Part shown: one piece after another, positions 37,310 to 47,424 of the stretch
Numbering within the stretch: position 1 is the first letter of the stretch
Layout of the letters: every line of letters begins with the position of its first letter
From: an uncultured Ruminococcus sp.
GTDB lineage: Bacteria > Bacillota > Clostridia > Oscillospirales > Acutalibacteraceae
Direction: 5' to 3'
Length of the DNA: 64,000 nt
Assembly (NCBI GenBank): GCA_902792115.1
Contig: CADAYJ010000003.1
Location: 2,088 to 66,087, forward strand
The notes under the pieces: generated by a model
The model's database searches: none
Told to the model about the DNA's origin: nothing
The model's input: the letters and a program-made list of their open reading frames with translations, nothing else
Translations under genes and position numbers: made by a program

Positions 37310-38020
37310 TTACTCGACTTTACCGACCTCATCAAACGGATATATTCTGAGCCTTACCTTGCCGATTATATTCTCGTTTTCGATCAGACCGACATCTGTA
37401 AACCGGCTGTCCTTCGAGATCGGGCGGTTGTCTCCGAGGACAAACACAGTGCCCTCCTCAACGTCTACGGGGAATTCCGTATCACCGATCTGAGTCGTTT
37501 TGCCGTTGATGTAATTTTCCTTGATAACGATGCCGTCAACGATAACGTCGCCCGTCTCGCTGTTGATATCTACCGTCTGACCGCCTACTGCTATGACGCG
37601 CTTTACGAGCGTCTTGTCAAGCTCCGCGCCGTGGCTGATAACGACAATATCGCCGACCTGCGGATCGTAGTTCAGTCCGGTGACGATCAGCTTGTTGCGA
37701 TCCTGGAGCGTCTGGAGCATCGAATCTCCGTCAACGTCCACTATGCGGAAGCAGAACGTCATAAGAAGCATCACGATAACGAGCGCAAAGAGGACTGCCG
37801 ACGCCCAGTCGAAAAGATCCGTAACGAAGCCCGAGGCGCCGTCCTTGCCGAGGTTCTTCCTTTTTTTCCGCCCCTTCTGAGCCGTCGTATCCTCCTCCGT
37901 AAGCTCGAGATCCACCGGCTCGTCGTTGGAATTTACGGACGCGAGATCGGGAACATTTTCCTGAGCCGTCTCCTCGTCCGCCTTCGTACTTTCCACCTTA
38001 TCGAAAATCTGTGTATCCAT
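37310..38020 (-). CDS. lepB: Signal peptidase I
   Basis: GDSMLQTL (catalytic Ser box), KRVIAVGGQ (Lys box), and GDNRPISKDSR. Probable ATG at 38020; the track start is TTG 38041. Confidence 0.9.
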   Translation of the reverse strand: MDTQIFDKVESTKADEETAQENVPDLASVNSNDEPVDLELTEEDTTAQKGRKKRKNLGKDGASGFVTDLFDWASAVLFALVIVMLLMTFCFRIVDVDGDSMLQTLQDRNKLIVTGLNYDPQVGDIVVISHGAELDKTLVKRVIAVGGQTVDINSETGDVIVDGIVIKENYINGKTTQIGDTEFPVDVEEGTVFVLGDNRPISKDSRFTDVGLIENENIIGKVRLRIYPFDEVGKVE

Positions 38021-38196
38021 ATCTATTACCACCCTAAGCAATTATCGAAGATAATAATACCGCTCCGGCAAAATACCGAGATGCCGGGGCATTCTGATGC
38101 ACTATTCATTATACCCTAATTCCCGTGTTGTGTCAAGCGCACACAGCGAGCCTGTCGTTTTTTGAGGGTAAACAATTTGTGAACGCGCGGTCAGAC

Positions 38197-38224
38197 GAAA
38201 AAAAGAGGGACTCGCGCCCCTCTT
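38197..38224 (-). terminator. Intrinsic terminator of rplS
   Basis: Minus strand AGAGGG-GCGCGAGT-CCCTCT + T7. Confidence 0.8.
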
Positions 38225-38241
38225 TTGATCTGTCCGGATAA

Positions 38242-38592
38242 TCAGTTCTTAACGATCTTTTCCTTGACCTTTGCTGCCTTACCGACTCTGTCACGGAGAT
38301 AGTAGAGCTTAGCGCGTCTAACCTTACCGTGTCTGATGACCTTAACGTCCTTTACGTTCGGGCAGTGAAGCGGGAAAACACGCTCTACGCCTACGCCGTA
38401 AGCAACACGTCTTACCGTGAACGTCTCGGCAACGCCGCTGGACTTCTTCGCGATAACGGTGCCCTCGAACATCTGGATTCTCTCTCTGTCACCCTCGCGA
38501 ATGTTTACGCTTACTCTTACCGTGTCGCCGACATTGAAAGAGGGAACTTCCTTCTTTACCGAATCGGCTGCGATCAACTTCAATGCATCCAT
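38242..38592 (-). CDS. rplS: 50S ribosomal protein L19
   Basis: [34 protein letters not shown]...TFTVRR, the canonical L19 sequence. Confidence 0.96.
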   Translation of the reverse strand: MDALKLIAADSVKKEVPSFNVGDTVRVSVNIREGDRERIQMFEGTVIAKKSSGVAETFTVRRVAYGVGVERVFPLHCPNVKDVKVIRHGKVRRAKLYYLRDRVGKAAKVKEKIVKN

Positions 38593-38771
38593 TTCAAATT
38601 CCTCCTAGGTTTACAGACATTCTTAACATGAGGGAGTGAAGCAGCTCCCGTCAGACAGAGGACTGTCCGCTTCATTGTACGGCACTTTTTGCGCCGGGCA
38701 GTGAATCGCATTGGGAAAACCCAACGGTTCAAATGCTTTTCTATTATACCACAAGCATACGAACAATGCAA
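38593..38771 (-). promoter_or_regulatory. rplS promoter plus about 145-nt structured 5' leader (candidate L19 ribosomal-protein leader)
   Basis: Minus strand TTGCAT-17 nt-TATAAT (38743-38771, with TG extended -10). It is followed by a GC-rich leader with several hairpins ending at the AGGAGG RBS. Firmicute rplS genes are known to carry an L19 autoregulatory leader. Confidence 0.5.
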
Positions 38772-38787
38772 CACGTTTGTGAAAAAA

Positions 38788-39708
38788 TTACAAAATCTCG
38801 TTTTTGCTCAAAAAGCGGCGAAAATACTCCGGTAATTCGGAATCAAACGACAAATGCTCGCCCGTTACCGGGTGGATAAAGCCTATTTTTTTAGCGTGGA
38901 GACACTGTCCTCGAAGCTCGGAGATCACCCTTGACGGGCCGTAAACGGGATCTCCGGCAACGGGGTGACCGAGGTACGCCATGTGGACGCGGATCTGGTG
39001 AGTACGCCCCGTTTCGAGCTTAAGCGCGAGGTGAGAGAAGCCCGAATTCGAGTCGATCACGCGGTAATGAGTAACGGCAGGCTTCGAGCAGTGGTCGGTG
39101 ACGCACATCTTCTTTCTGTCGATACGGCTTCTGCCGATCGGAGCGCTGACGGTGCCCTCGCTGTCCTTCATTCTGCCGTACACGACCGCCTCGTATTCGC
39201 GGTCAAACGAATGCTCCTTGATCTGCTGTGCAAGCCCCGTGTGCGCTCTGTCGCTCTTTGCGACGATCAGCAGGCCGCTCGTGTCCTTGTCTATGCGGTG
39301 GACGATGCCGGGGCGCAGCACGCCGTTTATCCCGGAAAGGCCGCCCCTGCAGTGGAAAAGAAGGGCGTTGACGAGCGTTCCGGTGTAATTTCCGGGCGCC
39401 GGGTGAACGACCATGCCCTTCGGCTTGTTCACGACGAGCAGGTCGCCGTCCTCATACACGATATCGAGCGGAATATCCTCCGCCTCCGCTTTAAGCTCCA
39501 CCGGCTCGGGGACATTCACGGCTACCTCGTCGCCCTCTCTGAGCTTAGTCTTCTTCCCTGCGGGCGAGCCGTTGACGAAAACGCCGCCGCTTTCGCAGAG
39601 ATCTGCGGCGGCGGTGCGTGAAAGCTCCTCTATCCTTTCGGAAACGAGCTTGTCGAGGCGCGCGCCTTCGTCTGCCGCTTCCGCTTTAAAACGATGCTCC
39701 ATTGTCAC
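38788..39708 (-). CDS. rluD: RluA/RluD-family 23S rRNA pseudouridine synthase
   Basis: N-terminal S4 domain and the catalytic HRIDKDTSGLL motif. 306 aa. Confidence 0.9.
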   Translation of the reverse strand: MTMEHRFKAEAADEGARLDKLVSERIEELSRTAAADLCESGGVFVNGSPAGKKTKLREGDEVAVNVPEPVELKAEAEDIPLDIVYEDGDLLVVNKPKGMVVHPAPGNYTGTLVNALLFHCRGGLSGINGVLRPGIVHRIDKDTSGLLIVAKSDRAHTGLAQQIKEHSFDREYEAVVYGRMKDSEGTVSAPIGRSRIDRKKMCVTDHCSKPAVTHYRVIDSNSGFSHLALKLETGRTHQIRVHMAYLGHPVAGDPVYGPSRVISELRGQCLHAKKIGFIHPVTGEHLSFDSELPEYFRRFLSKNEIL

Positions 39709-40190
39709 TCCTTTTCCGCCGCAGAGGCGCTGCTGCGCTTTTTGATATTCTTCTCGCAGAAAAGCACGGAGATAACGAGCAGCACCGCGCCGACCGTTAT
39801 GAAATAATCGGCGAGGTTGCAGACGGGCGAAAAGAACGAGAACTGGAGGAAGTCCACGACGTAGCCGCGGAAAACGCGGTCGATGAGGTTGCCGATACCG
39901 CCGCCTGCCACAAGCACAAACGCGGCGAAAAACAGCTTGCCCTCGATCTTGTAGTTATACAGTATATACGCGAACACACCGAAGATCAGAAGCGTTATTA
40001 TTATAAAGAACCACTGCTTGTTCTGGAGCATACCGAAGGCTGCACCGCGGTTCTCGACGTATACGAAATAATAGAAGTGGTCGATCACCGTGATCATTCC
40101 GGCAGGCTTTACGACGTTCAGGGCGTATAGCTTTGTGAGCTGATCGACGGCAACGAGAATGATTATCAGTATAATTGCAAGTGCTGTCAT
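39705..40190 (-). CDS. lspA: Lipoprotein signal peptidase (signal peptidase II)
   Basis: Four TM segments, NRGAAFG and GGGIGNLIDR motifs. Confidence 0.92.
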   Translation of the reverse strand: MTALAIILIIILVAVDQLTKLYALNVVKPAGMITVIDHFYYFVYVENRGAAFGMLQNKQWFFIIITLLIFGVFAYILYNYKIEGKLFFAAFVLVAGGGIGNLIDRVFRGYVVDFLQFSFFSPVCNLADYFITVGAVLLVISVLFCEKNIKKRSSASAAEKE

Positions 40191-40231
40191 TCGTCCGTTC
40201 CTTCCTTTTCGCTAAATATCTATTCAGTATA

Positions 40232-40274
40232 AGATAAAACAGCTATCAGCCGCCCGCGCACAGCGGCTAATAGC
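40232..40274 (-). terminator. Probable terminator of ileS
   Basis: GCTATTAGCCGC / GCGGCTGATAGC hairpin (one mismatch) followed on the minus strand by TGTTTTATC. Confidence 0.5.
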
Positions 40275-40292
40275 CTTTTGTTCAACGAATTA

Positions 40293-43067
40293 TTATCCTC
40301 TGAGAACGGCTGCACAGCGCGCGCAGACGCAGGGGAACTCAGCGTCCTGACCGACGGTCGTGCTGTAAGACCAGCAGCGCTCGCACTTCTCGCCCTCAGC
40401 CTTTTCGATCGTGACGGAAAGCTCCTTCGCGCTCTCGTCGTTTACGAGCTTCACGCCCGATACGATGAACGCCGTTTTAAGCTCGCTCTCGACCGACTTG
40501 ATGAAGTCGTACTCCTCGCCTGTGCAAGCGAGAGTTACGCTGCACTCGAGGGAAGCCTTGACGAGCTTCTTCGATACAGCCTCCTCGATCGACTTCTTGA
40601 CGATATCGCGCAGCTCGTGGATCTTGTCCCAGCGCGCGATAAAGGCGTCGTCCGCGCCGACGTCGGGGATCTCCGGCATGGAGTTGTATACGGCGTGAGA
40701 CTTATCGGTGCCCTCGGCGTGAGGCATGAACTTCCAGATCTCGTCCGAGGTGTACGCGAGGATCGGAGTGAGCATTCTCGTCATAGCGTCGAGAATGATG
40801 TAGATAGCCGTCTGAGCGGCTCTTCTCTCCTTGCAGTCCGCCTTCTCGGTGTAGAGTCTGTCCTTGAGAACGTCGAGGTAGAAGTTCGACATATCAATTA
40901 CGCAGAAATTGTGGATCGCGTGGTATACGTTGTGGAACTCATATGCGTCGTACCCCTCGCGGACCTTCTTGTTAAGCTCGGCGAGCTTGTAGACCGCCCA
41001 CTTGTCGATCGGGAGAAGCTCGCTGAGAGCGACCATATCCTTGTCGGGATCGAAATCATAAAGGTTGCTGAGAATATATCTTGCCGTATTTCTGATCTTT
41101 CTGTAAGACTCGGAGAGCTGCTTGAGAATATCCTTTGAAATGCGGATATCGGCGTGATAATCGGAGGAAGCCACCCAGAGACGGAGGATATCTGCGCCGT
41201 ACTGCTCGACTACCTCGCTCGGAAGGATACCGTTGCCGAGCGACTTCGACATCTTTCTGCCCTGACCGTCAACTACCCAGCCATGCGTGAGGACAGCCTT
41301 GTACGGAGCCTCGCCCGTTGTGGCTACGCTCGTGAGAAGCGAGGACTGGAACCAGCCTCTGTACTGATCCGCGCCCTCGAGGTAGAGGTCTGCCGGGAAG
41401 CGGAGGTCTTCGCGCTCGCGGAGAACTGCGGCGTGAGTGGAGCCGGAATCGAACCATACGTCCATGATATCCTTCTCCTTGTCAAACTCAGTGCCGCCGC
41501 ACTTTTTGCAGGCTGTTCCCTCCGGGAGAATCTCGGAAGCCTCTCTCTCAAACCATGCGTCGGAGCCGTGCTCTCTGAAGAGATCGGCTACCGCCTGCAT
41601 AGCCTCCTTGTCGATATGAGGCTCGCCGCACTTTTTGCAGAAGAAGATCGGGATCGGAACGCCCCATTTTCTCTGACGGGAGATACACCAGTCCTTGCGC
41701 TCGCGCACCATGTTGCTGATGCGCAGCTCGCCCCAGCCGGGGATCCACTCTACGCCCTTGATAGCCTCGAGAGTCTTCTCCTTGAAGTCCTCAACGGAGC
41801 AGAACCACTGATCCGTCGCTCTGAACAGAACGGGCTTCTTGCAGCGCCAGCAGTGCGGATACTGGTGAATGATCTTCTTTAAAGCGAAGAGGCTGCCCGT
41901 CTCCTCCAGGTGAAGGGCGATCGGCTTGTTAGCGTCCTCCGTGGAAAGACCTGCAAACTGACCTGCCTCCTCCGTAAGAACGCCGTCCGCGTCAACGGGA
42001 ACGACGATCGGGATCTCGGGGTAGTTGCGGCATACGTCGTAGTCCTCGATACCGTGTCCGGGAGCCGTATGTACGCAGCCCGTACCGCTGTCGAGAGTGA
42101 CGTGGTCGCCGACGATCACGAGAGACTGGCGGTCAAGGAACGGGTGCTGTACCTTCATGTATTCCATTTCGCTGCCCTTGAAGGTGGCAACGACCTCGTA
42201 ATCGGTCTTGCCTGCCTCCTGCATAGCTTCTCTGTAAAGCTCCTCGACCATGACGTAATACTCGTCGCCCGACTTGATAACATTGTAGTCGAAGTTGGGG
42301 CCGAGGCAGATTGCGACGTTTGCAGGGAGCGTCCATGTTGTCGTTGTCCAGATAACGAAGTACGTCTTGTCAGCAGGGATACCCTTCGCGGAGAGAAGCC
42401 CCTTGTCGTCCGTTACGCGGAACTTGACATAGATCGAATGACAGGGATCCTCGGCGTACTCGATCTCAGCCTCTGCGAGAGCCGTCTTACAGTCGGGGCA
42501 CCAGTAAACGGGCTTGAGTCCCTTGTAGATGTAGCCCTTGCACGCCATATCCGAGAAAACCTCGATCTGACGAGCCTCGAACTCGTGCTGGAGCGTTACG
42601 TAGGGGTGCTGCCAGTCGCCGAGAGCGCCGAGGCGCTTGAACTGGCTTCTCTGATCGTTGAGATACTTGTCAACGAAGTCGCGGCAAAGCGTGCGAAGCT
42701 CCGTATCCGAGATAGATGTAGAATTTGTGATGCCGGCCTTGGCGCGCGCCTTGAGCTCTGTCGGAAGACCGTGAGTATCCCAGCCGGGAACGTACGGAGC
42801 CTTGAATCCGGCCATGTTCTTATATCTGATAATGAAATCCTTCAGCACCTTGTTGAGCGCCGTGCCGAGGTGAATGTCGCCGTTTGCGTACGGAGGGCCG
42901 TCATGAAGAATAAAGAGCGGCTTGCCCTCGTTGCGCTTCATGAGGTTCTCGTAGACCTCGTCTGCCTCCCATGTTTTGAGCGTTTCAGGCTCGCTCTTCG
43001 GCAGCCCTGCTCTCATCGGAAATTTAGTGTCGGGTAGATTCATCGTGTGCTTATAATCCTGTGCCAT
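40293..43067 (-). CDS. ileS: Isoleucine--tRNA ligase (type 1, C-terminal zinc finger)
   Basis: PPYANGDIHLGTALNK (HIGH), KMSKSLGN, and C-terminal CERCW...CARC. ATG at 43067 has an AAGGAG RBS; the track start at 43118 is unlikely. Confidence 0.96.
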   Translation of the reverse strand: MAQDYKHTMNLPDTKFPMRAGLPKSEPETLKTWEADEVYENLMKRNEGKPLFILHDGPPYANGDIHLGTALNKVLKDFIIRYKNMAGFKAPYVPGWDTHGLPTELKARAKAGITNSTSISDTELRTLCRDFVDKYLNDQRSQFKRLGALGDWQHPYVTLQHEFEARQIEVFSDMACKGYIYKGLKPVYWCPDCKTALAEAEIEYAEDPCHSIYVKFRVTDDKGLLSAKGIPADKTYFVIWTTTTWTLPANVAICLGPNFDYNVIKSGDEYYVMVEELYREAMQEAGKTDYEVVATFKGSEMEYMKVQHPFLDRQSLVIVGDHVTLDSGTGCVHTAPGHGIEDYDVCRNYPEIPIVVPVDADGVLTEEAGQFAGLSTEDANKPIALHLEETGSLFALKKIIHQYPHCWRCKKPVLFRATDQWFCSVEDFKEKTLEAIKGVEWIPGWGELRISNMVRERKDWCISRQRKWGVPIPIFFCKKCGEPHIDKEAMQAVADLFREHGSDAWFEREASEILPEGTACKKCGGTEFDKEKDIMDVWFDSGSTHAAVLREREDLRFPADLYLEGADQYRGWFQSSLLTSVATTGEAPYKAVLTHGWVVDGQGRKMSKSLGNGILPSEVVEQYGADILRLWVASSDYHADIRISKDILKQLSESYRKIRNTARYILSNLYDFDPDKDMVALSELLPIDKWAVYKLAELNKKVREGYDAYEFHNVYHAIHNFCVIDMSNFYLDVLKDRLYTEKADCKERRAAQTAIYIILDAMTRMLTPILAYTSDEIWKFMPHAEGTDKSHAVYNSMPEIPDVGADDAFIARWDKIHELRDIVKKSIEEAVSKKLVKASLECSVTLACTGEEYDFIKSVESELKTAFIVSGVKLVNDESAKELSVTIEKAEGEKCERCWSYSTTVGQDAEFPCVCARCAAVLRG

Positions 43068-43221
43068 TGGTAAATTACTCCTTTCGTGCGGATTCACACC
43101 GTCACGTAGTATATGCAAGGCTCCGTGCAGCGCTGCGCGGAGCTGTAACTGCTTCTCATTCGGATTTATTTATCCGAACAAAAACCAGTATAAGCCAAAA
43201 TTTATAAACGGGATCCTATCC

Positions 43222-44040
43222 TTACTGATCCTTCTTTACATCATAGTCATCGCCGAATTTCAGCTTGCCGAAGCGGTTCTCGAACTTGGACTTGTCGATC
43301 TGGATCTTTCCGTCCTTGCTCTCCTTTTCGGCAGGCTTTTCCTCCTGGGCAGGCTCCGCCTCAGGCTCGCTCTCCCCGGCTTCCGTCTCCGGCTCTGCGG
43401 CAGCAGCCTCGGCGTTTGCGGAATCCTCCGTCGCGCTCGAAGCGTCGCGTGCAGCCTCCTCGATCGTGTCGAAGCCGTCCTCTGCCTCCGGCTTTACGTC
43501 GGCTTCCTTCCTGGAGGGCTTATCGGCGGAGCTGGAATAGATCTCCGTCGGGTACTTCTCGTTGAGCTTCTTTTCAAGCTCCTTCGCCTCCATGCGCTCC
43601 GGGAGCACCTTGAGAGACTCGATCTGCTGCTCGAACTCTTCGATCAGCTTCTTTCTGATCTCGGCTGCCTCCTCCGTGATCCGGACGATCATGTCCTTCT
43701 CGCGGATAATGCGGTTGTTTGCGTCGGCGATGATCCTGTCCGCCTCGACGCGCGCGTCCTTGAGTATCTGAGCCGCCTGCTTCTTCGCTTCCTTGACGGT
43801 CTTGTCGGCTTCCTTCTGAGACTTCACAAGGACTGCGGAAACGCTGTCTTCGTTCGAGCGCATTTCCTCAACCTTCTGCATGAGAAGCTCGCTCTTCGCG
43901 ATGATCTCGGCGTTCTTTTTCTTCAATTCTTCGACCGTTGCCGTAACATCGTCGATGAACGCATCTACCTCGTCGCACTTGTAGCCGCCGATGCTTGCCT
44001 TTTTGAAACTGATGTTTTTGATCTGATCAACTGTAAGCAT
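43222..44040 (-). CDS. divIVA: DivIVA-domain cell-division protein with an acidic C-terminal tail
   Basis: MLTVDQIKNISFKKASIGGYKCDEVDAFIDDV, the canonical DivIVA N-terminus, followed by a coiled coil. Confidence 0.9.
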   Translation of the reverse strand: MLTVDQIKNISFKKASIGGYKCDEVDAFIDDVTATVEELKKKNAEIIAKSELLMQKVEEMRSNEDSVSAVLVKSQKEADKTVKEAKKQAAQILKDARVEADRIIADANNRIIREKDMIVRITEEAAEIRKKLIEEFEQQIESLKVLPERMEAKELEKKLNEKYPTEIYSSSADKPSRKEADVKPEAEDGFDTIEEAARDASSATEDSANAEAAAAEPETEAGESEPEAEPAQEEKPAEKESKDGKIQIDKSKFENRFGKLKFGDDYDVKKDQ

Positions 44041-44058
44041 ATAAATATCCCCTATACA

Positions 44059-44814
44059 TTATAAATATTTTGATACGGTCACTCTGTATTTGCCTTTCTT
44101 GCTCATGCTCCCGTCAAAGCCGACAACGAATTTGCCGAAGCCTCTGACGGAAATCTTGTCTCCGTTCTCAACGCGGCGGTCAACGCTGCACACAACGAGC
44201 GCGTTCACCGCGACAAGACCGCCTTTGACGGCCTGCTGCGCCTTCGCTCTCGAAAGCCCGGAGCATTCGGAAACGATCGCGTCCAGGCGAAGCGAGGAAA
44301 CAGTACACTGCCTCTCGGAAAGCTGCTGCGCCGCCTTTGAGAGATCGGCGCCCTTTTCCGTAAACGTCACGCCCTCGCGGCCGACCTTTTCAAGCTGCGC
44401 CCTTATGTACGGCGCAAGCTCGCTCTTCACAAAGAACGTAGCCGCGCCCCCGGAGATCACTATATCGCCGATAACGCCGCGCTTCAAGCCAAGCCCCATA
44501 AGCGCACCGAGAATGTCGCGGTGGGAAAGCCCGGCGGAGCTTCGGAACGAAACGCTGAGCGCTTCGAGCGGAAAGTCGCTCCCCGACGGTTCGCAGAACT
44601 CCGGATACACGCAGAGCATCGCCCTCTGCGCCGCCTCGAAGCCGCCCCAGAACATGAAGCGCGTTCCGCCGCCCGAAAAGAGCGCCCTCTGAACGAGCAT
44701 CTGCTCGCCCTCGCTCAGAAAATCGGAGTAGCACGGCTCACAGCGGCGCTCACAAAGCCTCGAAAGGTTCGCGGCGACGTCCGCCAGCCGCTTTTCATCA
44801 TCCTGACGCTGCAT
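44059..44814 (-). CDS. ylmH: YlmH-like RNA-binding protein (S4 domain)
   Basis: Conserved position between sepF and divIVA. C-terminal S4-like LRLDAIVSECSGLSRAKAQQAVKGGLVAVN. Confidence 0.8.
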   Translation of the reverse strand: MQRQDDEKRLADVAANLSRLCERRCEPCYSDFLSEGEQMLVQRALFSGGGTRFMFWGGFEAAQRAMLCVYPEFCEPSGSDFPLEALSVSFRSSAGLSHRDILGALMGLGLKRGVIGDIVISGGAATFFVKSELAPYIRAQLEKVGREGVTFTEKGADLSKAAQQLSERQCTVSSLRLDAIVSECSGLSRAKAQQAVKGGLVAVNALVVCSVDRRVENGDKISVRGFGKFVVGFDGSMSKKGKYRVTVSKYL

Positions 44815-44816
44815 GA

Positions 44817-45167
44817 TCAGAAGTTCACGCCGTTGCTTTCAAGCTGAGCGATAAGCTCGTCTCCCGTCATATGAACAGAGCTTGGGATCACAAGGAAGGT
44901 GCTCGTTGCAACGCGCTTGATCTTGCCGCCCGTCGCGTAAGCCGCGCCGCTCATGAAGTCGATAATGCGGCGTGAATTGTCCTTCGTTGCATTTTCGAGA
45001 TTAAGCACAACGGTGTGCTGACGGATAAGCTCGTCTGCGATCATTCTCGTCTCGTCGCTGAAACGGTCGGGGCGGAAAACGACGACCTGGAGCTTTGTGG
45101 TCGCGTCAATATTCATCACATTGTTATTTTTTACCGGAGGTGCGGGGGGCGTGCTTATAAACGGCAC
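44817..45167 (-). CDS. sepF: Cell division protein SepF (core domain; N-terminus unresolved)
   Basis: VVVFRPDRFSDETRMIADELIRQHTVVLNLENATKDNSRRIIDFMSGAAYATGGKIKRV is the SepF/DUF552 core. The only in-frame start is GTG 45167; see the finding on the upstream extension. Confidence 0.8.
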   Translation of the reverse strand: MPFISTPPAPPVKNNNVMNIDATTKLQVVVFRPDRFSDETRMIADELIRQHTVVLNLENATKDNSRRIIDFMSGAAYATGGKIKRVATSTFLVIPSSVHMTGDELIAQLESNGVNF

Positions 45168-45307
45168 GCTCGGAGTGTACGGCTCGGGAGCCGGCGTTTC
45201 GTCGTAGTAATCCTCGGAGACGCTTTTCTCCTCCGGCTTCTCGTTTTCATCATATTTATCGTCAGGTTACAGCCTCCTTTGAACTGCTCCGGCGGCACGC
45301 TGCCGGA

Positions 45308-46039
45308 TCACGTATAGCTTCTCTTTCCGAAAAGGCCCGATCCGATCCTCACCATATTCGCGCCGCAGAGGATCGCTTCGCAGTAATCGTCGGACATTCC
45401 CATGGAAAGGATATCCATAGAAACATTATCTGATTTTTTGCCCGAAATGTCAATAAATAATTTGTGCATATTTTCAAAATATTTAAAAATTTCGGACTTT
45501 TTTTCGCAAATGGGGGGAATTGCCATCAAACCGCGGACAAAAATGCCGTCGATCTCCCCGATCCTTCCGAGAAGCTCGTCCAGCCCCTCCGGCATAACGC
45601 CCGATTTATTCTCCTCTCTGCCGATGTTCACCTCGACGAGGATATCCATCGTTTTGCCCCTGAGCTTCGCCTGGCGCGCCACCTCAAGGGCGAGCCTTTC
45701 GCTGTCTACCGACTGGATAAGAGACACCTTGTCGATGATCTGCTTCACCTTGTTCGTCTGGAGATGACCGATGAACTGAAGGTCGGCGCGGTCAAGGTCG
45801 TAGCTTTCGTACTTCGAGAGAAGCTCCTGTACGCGGTTCTCCCCGATGAAGCGAAGTCCGAGAGAGATCGCGTGGTTTATCACGGCAGGCTCTACCGTCT
45901 TCGTTGCGGCGAGGAAGGTTATATCCTCTCTCCCCCTGCCGCTTTCGAGAGCCGCCTTCGAGATGCTCTCTTCGATAGCCTTGTAGTTCTCCTCAACGAG
46001 AAGGAATTTTTCCTTCATATCATCTGACGATCTTTCCAT
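45308..46039 (-). CDS. yggS: YggS/YlmE-family PLP-binding homeostasis protein
   Basis: ITFLAATKTVEP (PLP Lys), IGENRVQE, and HFIGHLQTNKVK motifs. ATG at 46039 has an AAGGAG RBS; the track start at 46144 is unlikely. Confidence 0.9.
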   Translation of the reverse strand: MERSSDDMKEKFLLVEENYKAIEESISKAALESGRGREDITFLAATKTVEPAVINHAISLGLRFIGENRVQELLSKYESYDLDRADLQFIGHLQTNKVKQIIDKVSLIQSVDSERLALEVARQAKLRGKTMDILVEVNIGREENKSGVMPEGLDELLGRIGEIDGIFVRGLMAIPPICEKKSEIFKYFENMHKLFIDISGKKSDNVSMDILSMGMSDDYCEAILCGANMVRIGSGLFGKRSYT

Positions 46040-47387
46040 CGTAAAGCTCCTTTCCCTTAACGACGACGGTGTCGTGCAGCGTGATCGTATTGCTGCCGAG
46101 TATTTCGGGATCGGTCGGATCGTCGCTGCAGATAACGAAATCATTGTCGGAATATATGATCTTGACCTGCACGAACTGGAGGCGCTTGCCGTGGACGACG
46201 TATACGCCCTGCACCTTCTCCTTGCGCGCCTGCCCGGTCTTATTGCCGTTTTCGTCGTAATCGTAGACGTTTATATAATCCTCGTGGATCGCGCTCTTGC
46301 TGACGCGAAGTCCACTGTATGTATACGTTTTTATTGTAATATTTTCGCGGCGGATATCGGCTATCGTGCCGTCCATGTAATCGCTCTTCATTACGAGAAG
46401 GCCGTCCGCCGTCTTCGAGCTTTGATTGACGCCCAGCACCGTTGCCGGTATCGACGAGGACATTACCCTCGGTATCGAGACGTCAACGACGGTATCGCCG
46501 GAAGCGATCGTGAGCGCCTGCTCGCTCGTTACCGGGCAGAGAAGATACCAGTTGATCGTCTTGACTATCTTCCCGACCGCGTCCGAGGGCGGCTCCTTCA
46601 TCACGGCAGCCTTTACATCGTCCGCGGAGAGCTTCTCAGCCTTCGTGTAGTCGAGTGCGCTCTCGAAGCCGTCCAGCTTCGAGCCGAAGAAGCCGGATTT
46701 CTTGCTCTTGACGCTGCCCACCCCCTCGGAAACATGGATCGAATCAAGCTCCTCACGAAGCTGCGCGATCCTCTCGTCGAAGTTCGCCGAGCCGCCCGTA
46801 ACGACGGTGCGCTCGTTGAAAAGGCGGAGCAGCTCGAGCTTTGCAGACGCGCCGTTGAGCTTGTTCTGCGCCGTCTCGTTCTTGTAGTCCGTTATCTTCT
46901 TCCTGATCTGCGCGTCCACCGTGTCGAGATTTACGAACATACTGTCGGACGTGCTGGTCATCTGCTCCAGAAGCGTAAGCTCGCTTTTCACGTCGTTGTA
47001 TTTCTGCCAGTCCTCGACCTCCTTCTCCGAGGAAAAGAGGCGCGCAACCGTTCCGCCTGCGTTGACCTTCTCGCCGTCGGAAAGCGTATATGAAATGATG
47101 CCCTTCTTCGAGTTTGTGATATACTCCTCGTCGCGCAGGATAAACGCCTCCGCTTCGACGCAGTCGCTCAGCTCGTAGAAATCGGCCTGCTCCGTTTCGA
47201 GCATGGTAAAATTTGATGTGTAAATAAGCATAGACGCATACACGAGCAGGAAGAGCGCAAAGAGCGCCGCGAGAATACGCGCAACGGGGATCTTCCGCTT
47301 TTTCTTTTTTCGGTAGCGCCTGCGAAAGGGCGCTTCCTCGCTCTCCGGAGCCTCGTCCGGAATATCGTCAAATAATTCTTCGTCCAT
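46020..47387 (-). CDS. HlyD-like / membrane-fusion-like protein (N-terminal TM, coiled coil, beta-barrel)
   Basis: An acidic then basic cytoplasmic N-terminus and one TM (ARILAALFALFLLVYASMLIY). A biotinyl/lipoyl-like segment (GEKVNAGGTVARLF) and coiled-coil region follow. ATG at 47387 has a GGAGGTG RBS. Confidence 0.5.
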   Translation of the reverse strand: MDEELFDDIPDEAPESEEAPFRRRYRKKKKRKIPVARILAALFALFLLVYASMLIYTSNFTMLETEQADFYELSDCVEAEAFILRDEEYITNSKKGIISYTLSDGEKVNAGGTVARLFSSEKEVEDWQKYNDVKSELTLLEQMTSTSDSMFVNLDTVDAQIRKKITDYKNETAQNKLNGASAKLELLRLFNERTVVTGGSANFDERIAQLREELDSIHVSEGVGSVKSKKSGFFGSKLDGFESALDYTKAEKLSADDVKAAVMKEPPSDAVGKIVKTINWYLLCPVTSEQALTIASGDTVVDVSIPRVMSSSIPATVLGVNQSSKTADGLLVMKSDYMDGTIADIRRENITIKTYTYSGLRVSKSAIHEDYINVYDYDENGNKTGQARKEKVQGVYVVHGKRLQFVQVKIIYSDNDFVICSDDPTDPEILGSNTITLHDTVVVKGKELYDGKIVR

Positions 47388-47424
47388 TTGCTCACCTCCG
47401 CGCTCACGCAGACAGTAGTTTTTG

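Noticed and set aside
43068-43221. Looked for a T-box leader upstream of ileS, and likewise upstream of gltX at 18270-18355.
   Set aside because: The intergenic regions are too short (about 150 and 85 nt). They contain no GGTGGTACCGCG-type T-box sequence. Only alaS carries one.
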